NCBI GenBank assembly: GCA_030141605.1
Contig: JAQGDQ010002140.1
Location: 1 to 13,471 of the forward strand
DNA: 13,471 nt
DNA from: Tubiluchus corallicola
Lineage: Eukaryota; Animalia; Priapulida
Direction of reading: 5' to 3'
Shown: piece by piece, positions 9,797-13,471 of the stretch
How the letters are laid out: the number at the start of each line of letters is the position of its first letter
How positions within the stretch are numbered: the first letter of the stretch is position 1
Position numbers and translations under genes: made by a program
The notes under the pieces: model-generated
Database searches by the model: none
Told to the model about the DNA's origin: nothing
What the model saw: the letters and a program-made list of their open reading frames with translations, nothing else

Positions 9797-10475
9797 GCGG
9801 AAGAAAAGGAGAAAAACAAGAAAGAAGAAAAGCACAGGAAAGAAAGGAGAAGAGTAAAAAAGAACGGAGAAGGCAAGAAAGAAAGGCGAAAGACAAGAAA
9901 AAAGAAAAGCAGAAGAAAGAAAGGAGAAGAGTAAAAAGAAGGGAGAACGCAAGAAAGAAAGGCGAAAGACAAGAAAGAAGGAATTACAAAAGAAAGAAAG
10001 GAGAAAAACACGAAAGAAGAAAGGAAAAGGCAAAAGAAAAGATTTGCAGAAAGAAAAAGTAAAGTGATAGTAGAAGTTTGAAGCAACAAAGAAAAAGAGC
10101 GAAAGAACGAAAAGGAGAACAAAAATAAAGAACGAAAGAACAGACAAAATAACAGAAAAAATGCAAGGAAAACAAAAGGAGAATGTATTCTGGAACAATG
10201 TAGTCTGGAGTCCTTTAAAATACTTGCAATGTAATACTGCAGTCACGTGCTGTGTAATACTGCAGTCACGTGCTGTATGTTCATCATATCACCGCATGTA
10301 TAATATGCATTGCTCAACAAATTATGCTAATTTAACGTTTTGCAAAATTGCCTCTGAACAATACGTTTTCCACCCACTCTTATTTAACAACATTCAAATT
10401 TGCATAATTTCTCCGTCATGTTAAGCTAATTAGAGCAGTCCCGCGCATGCGTACAAGAACGCGACTAATAGCTGA

Positions 10476-11250
10476 CAAGTGGCGTAGCAACTAGCGAGTG
10501 CAGTGCGCGCCCGCGGGTGCAGAAAACTTCTGGTGCCCTACCCCTTTAAAAAGTTTTGATCATTTGGATGAAGCCACAAATTGTACGCGTTTTGCGTCCC
10601 TCAGCCCGACTCTCCTTTTTGACATGATGGGATAAAGAGAAACGAATTTTTTCTAAGAATCACCCTGAGTTTGATGTGCGGTACTGCAGCAGAGTAATTC
10701 TTTTTTCTATGCATTAATTACTCATAACACGACAGTCGTTAAACATTTGGTTCCACAGCATTAAAACATGCAAAGATTATGAAAGATACTGAACAGTACA
10801 GGTTTTCACAATAATACAATCTGCATTTAGAGAAACGTCACTATTTCTCCCAAAATTATCAATCTGCTAAGCCACATGGACACCCTAAACACGCTGTTAC
10901 GTAACAACATTAGCCTTTTTCTAGGCTGTATGTAGTAATTAAGTCAGCTACGATGATCTCTGACTAAGCAATTATGTTGTAGTTTGAAAACTTTTGTTAA
11001 ATTCAGTAAAAGCTGCTGGCTTTGCGTTAGATAAACAGACAAAAACTAGGTAGAGTGCTCGCGCATTTTTGATTATAAGTGTATTTATAAGCAAAATTTT
11101 TTGCTGGGCCTTTGCTGGTTATTTTGTTAATGTCGGAAATTAGTAATTAATAATTAACAGTCATTGAACTCTAGAAAAATTTTGCGTCCTCTCACCCTTG
11201 CGCACAGGGGCATTTACCTCCTTTCCACCCCCCCTCTTGTTACGCCTCTA
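10476..11250. mobile_element. Mirror copy of the hAT-like element
   Basis: Reverse complement of 2230-3004 (one substitution noted, 2804 vs 10676). Confidence 0.55.
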
Positions 11251-11664
11251 CGATCGACTTACAAAATGGCTTCGCGTTTGTTTCTCGTTTAAAATAAAAA
11301 TGGCGGATTCGCTCGATTATAAAAATTGCCAATAAAATCCGCAAGAGGTCGTTACCCGGCCACTCAACCGTCGCAAATTAATGAAACTATATTTCTTAGA
11401 GATAATTTATGAAAATTCATAGTTTTTTATGGCTATGGCTGCGCGAGGCGTCGTTGGAGACTTTTATCCCTGGATAAAATGTGGTTTTACTATAACCTCC
11501 GTTTAGCAAGCTGAATATGCTTTTAAAAAGAGAGGGGGGGTGAGATTTAATGATTAATTTGCATAAGATCTAGCAGGATTTATGAAAATCATATTTCAGA
11601 GGGCGCTGTTCAAAATGACGCATACAATTTTGTATTAACGCTCCCATATACATAGTGAACAATC

Positions 11665-12232
11665 GGTTTAGTTGACACTGCTTGTTTGCCTGCTGGTCGG
11701 TTAGTTTACTGAGTGACCGGTTGGTTGGTTGGTGGGTCGGTCAGTTGGTGGACAGGTCGGTTGCCTGGCTTGCAGGCTCGCTGCTTGGTGGCTTGTTTGG
11801 TCATTGGTTAGTTAGTTAGTTGGTTGGCTGGTTGGCTTGTTTGTTTGTTAGTTTGTTGGTCGGCTAGTTGCTTGCTTGCTTGCTTGGTCGGTCAGTTGGT
11901 GGACAGGTCGGTTGCTTGGCTAGCATGCTAGCTGCTTGGTGGCTTGTTTGGTCACTGGTTAGTTGGTTGGTTGCTTGGTTGGCTGGTTGGCTTGTTTGTT
12001 TGTTAGTTTGTTGGTCGGCTAGTTGCTTGCTTGCTTGGTTGGTCGGTCAGTTGGTGGACAGGTCGGTTGCTTGGCTAGCATGCTAGCTGCTTGGTGGCTT
12101 GTTTGGTCACTGGTTAGTTAGTTGGTTGGTTGGCTGGTTCGTTTGTTAGTTTGTTGGTTTGTTGGTCGGCTAGTTGTTTGCTTGCTTGGTTTGTTGGTTG
12201 GCCAGTTGGTTTGTCAATAAGTAGTTAAGTAG
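11665..12232. repeat. Mirror copy of the AACC-type minisatellite
   Basis: Reverse complement of 1245-1815, 3 bp shorter. Confidence 0.92.
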
Positions 12233-12397
12233 GTTGATCAGCAGCAACTCTGAAACATTTGTTCGTGCACCTAATGTACAAACTAATCTCAAAAGTGTCA
12301 TTATCAATTCTGCTACCGCTCGTTTATCCAATCATTTATTCGTTTGTCTGCTCCATTCATCCGGTTTCCTCACACTCTCGTCTATCAGTACTCCTAT

Positions 12398-12759
12398 AAA
12401 GCTTATCACAGTTTCGTTGTGCGCACGCGCTGTTACTGTAGGTCAAAGGTTAAGCGTCTTAACTGCAACCGTGGCGTGTGGAAAAGCAAAGCCGTCTGCC
12501 GCACCAGTTCAGTAACTTCAGTTGTGTTACGTGGACATTACTTAATTATGCATAAGTCTGTGCGTAGATTGATTTACTAGCTGGATCTTGCTTGGGAACA
12601 AGAAAAAATGAACTAGATAAGGTTTCCAGGTAGATGTTAAAACTGTTACTATTACAATAGCATAGGCTGCTAGGCGTTGTCAAGTACACACAAATGCGTT
12701 GTCTGGTACACTTAACCTTTTCACGATCATCATCAATCACTGGAACTGTGAAAAGGCTT
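12398..12759. mobile_element. MITE family A, right-arm copy
   Basis: Mirror of 718-1079, same length, 10 substitutions counted by eye. Confidence 0.8.
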
Positions 12760-13471
12760 ATTCGTTGTGATATTTATTATTACAGTAATTATTACAGTAA
12801 ACTTCTTGTATTTATTTTTAAACCTATAAATAGTAATATGTGATATATATTTTTCAGCTATTTCTAAATTATCTTATTAAATAGTTATAAGTTTGTTGGA
12901 GTTTGAAAAATATTGTTTAATCTAGTTGTACTGGAAATCTTGCATTGGCGTGCTTTGCGGCCTTCGCTTGTTGTTGGCTTTGGCCACCTTGAGGCGTTTT
13001 TTTGGCCTAATCACGTGATCTTGATCTTGGTCAGAGGCCTACTGTGAAGTGAAGACGTGTCATGATAAGTTATAAGATATTGTCGTTATCTGTTTACAAT
13101 TGCTCATGATTTGGGGCTAATAACGTATGTATATTCTCTAATTACTTTAATAAAACTTAAATTTAGTTTAAATTAACAGCTAGGTATTAATTAATACGAC
13201 AGTGCAGTGTATAACTCTTAATTATGTAAAATTGATTTTTGGCTATTGTTATTTTTTGTTATTTTTGGCACTAATTTCTGATATTTAGATGGAATGACAT
13301 GTTTTGGCAAATAAAGAGCAAAGAAAGAGCAAAATTTAATCGAGCTTTGAATTTGGTTTTTGAAAGCCCAAACAGTCCAGACGTGGAAGATTTGTAATGC
13401 TAGTTAGAACAAATATTTGCTGTCTATCTGTCTGTCTCTCTCTGTCTTTCTTTCTTTTCTCTCTCTCTTCT

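Overview
Eukaryotic (probably invertebrate animal), AT-rich, mostly non-coding DNA. The whole window is one giant inverted repeat: a left arm (3-5435) and a right arm (8056-13471), about 5.4 kb each and roughly 99% identical outside microsatellites, running to both window edges and separated by a 2620-bp spacer (5436-8055). The spacer holds the only recognisable coding sequence, a 5'-truncated CR1/L2-group non-LTR retrotransposon (RT plus C-terminal region, one frameshift, 3' stem-loop, AATAAA, (TA)n tail, candidate ATGAT TSD). It also holds a third, more diverged copy of a ~360-380-bp TIR element (MITE) found in both arms. Each arm carries that MITE, a ~155-bp-unit AACC-type minisatellite, a degraded hAT-like TIR element, a pyrimidine tract abutting a (GA)n tract, and a compound (GTT/GCT)n array. 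Arm-to-arm substitutions cluster strongly at 406-942. Most long ORFs in the track are simple-repeat artefacts. I see no evidence for a novel RT-based system. The palindrome itself, its junction and its patchy divergence are the most interesting features, and its reality should first be confirmed with native long reads.
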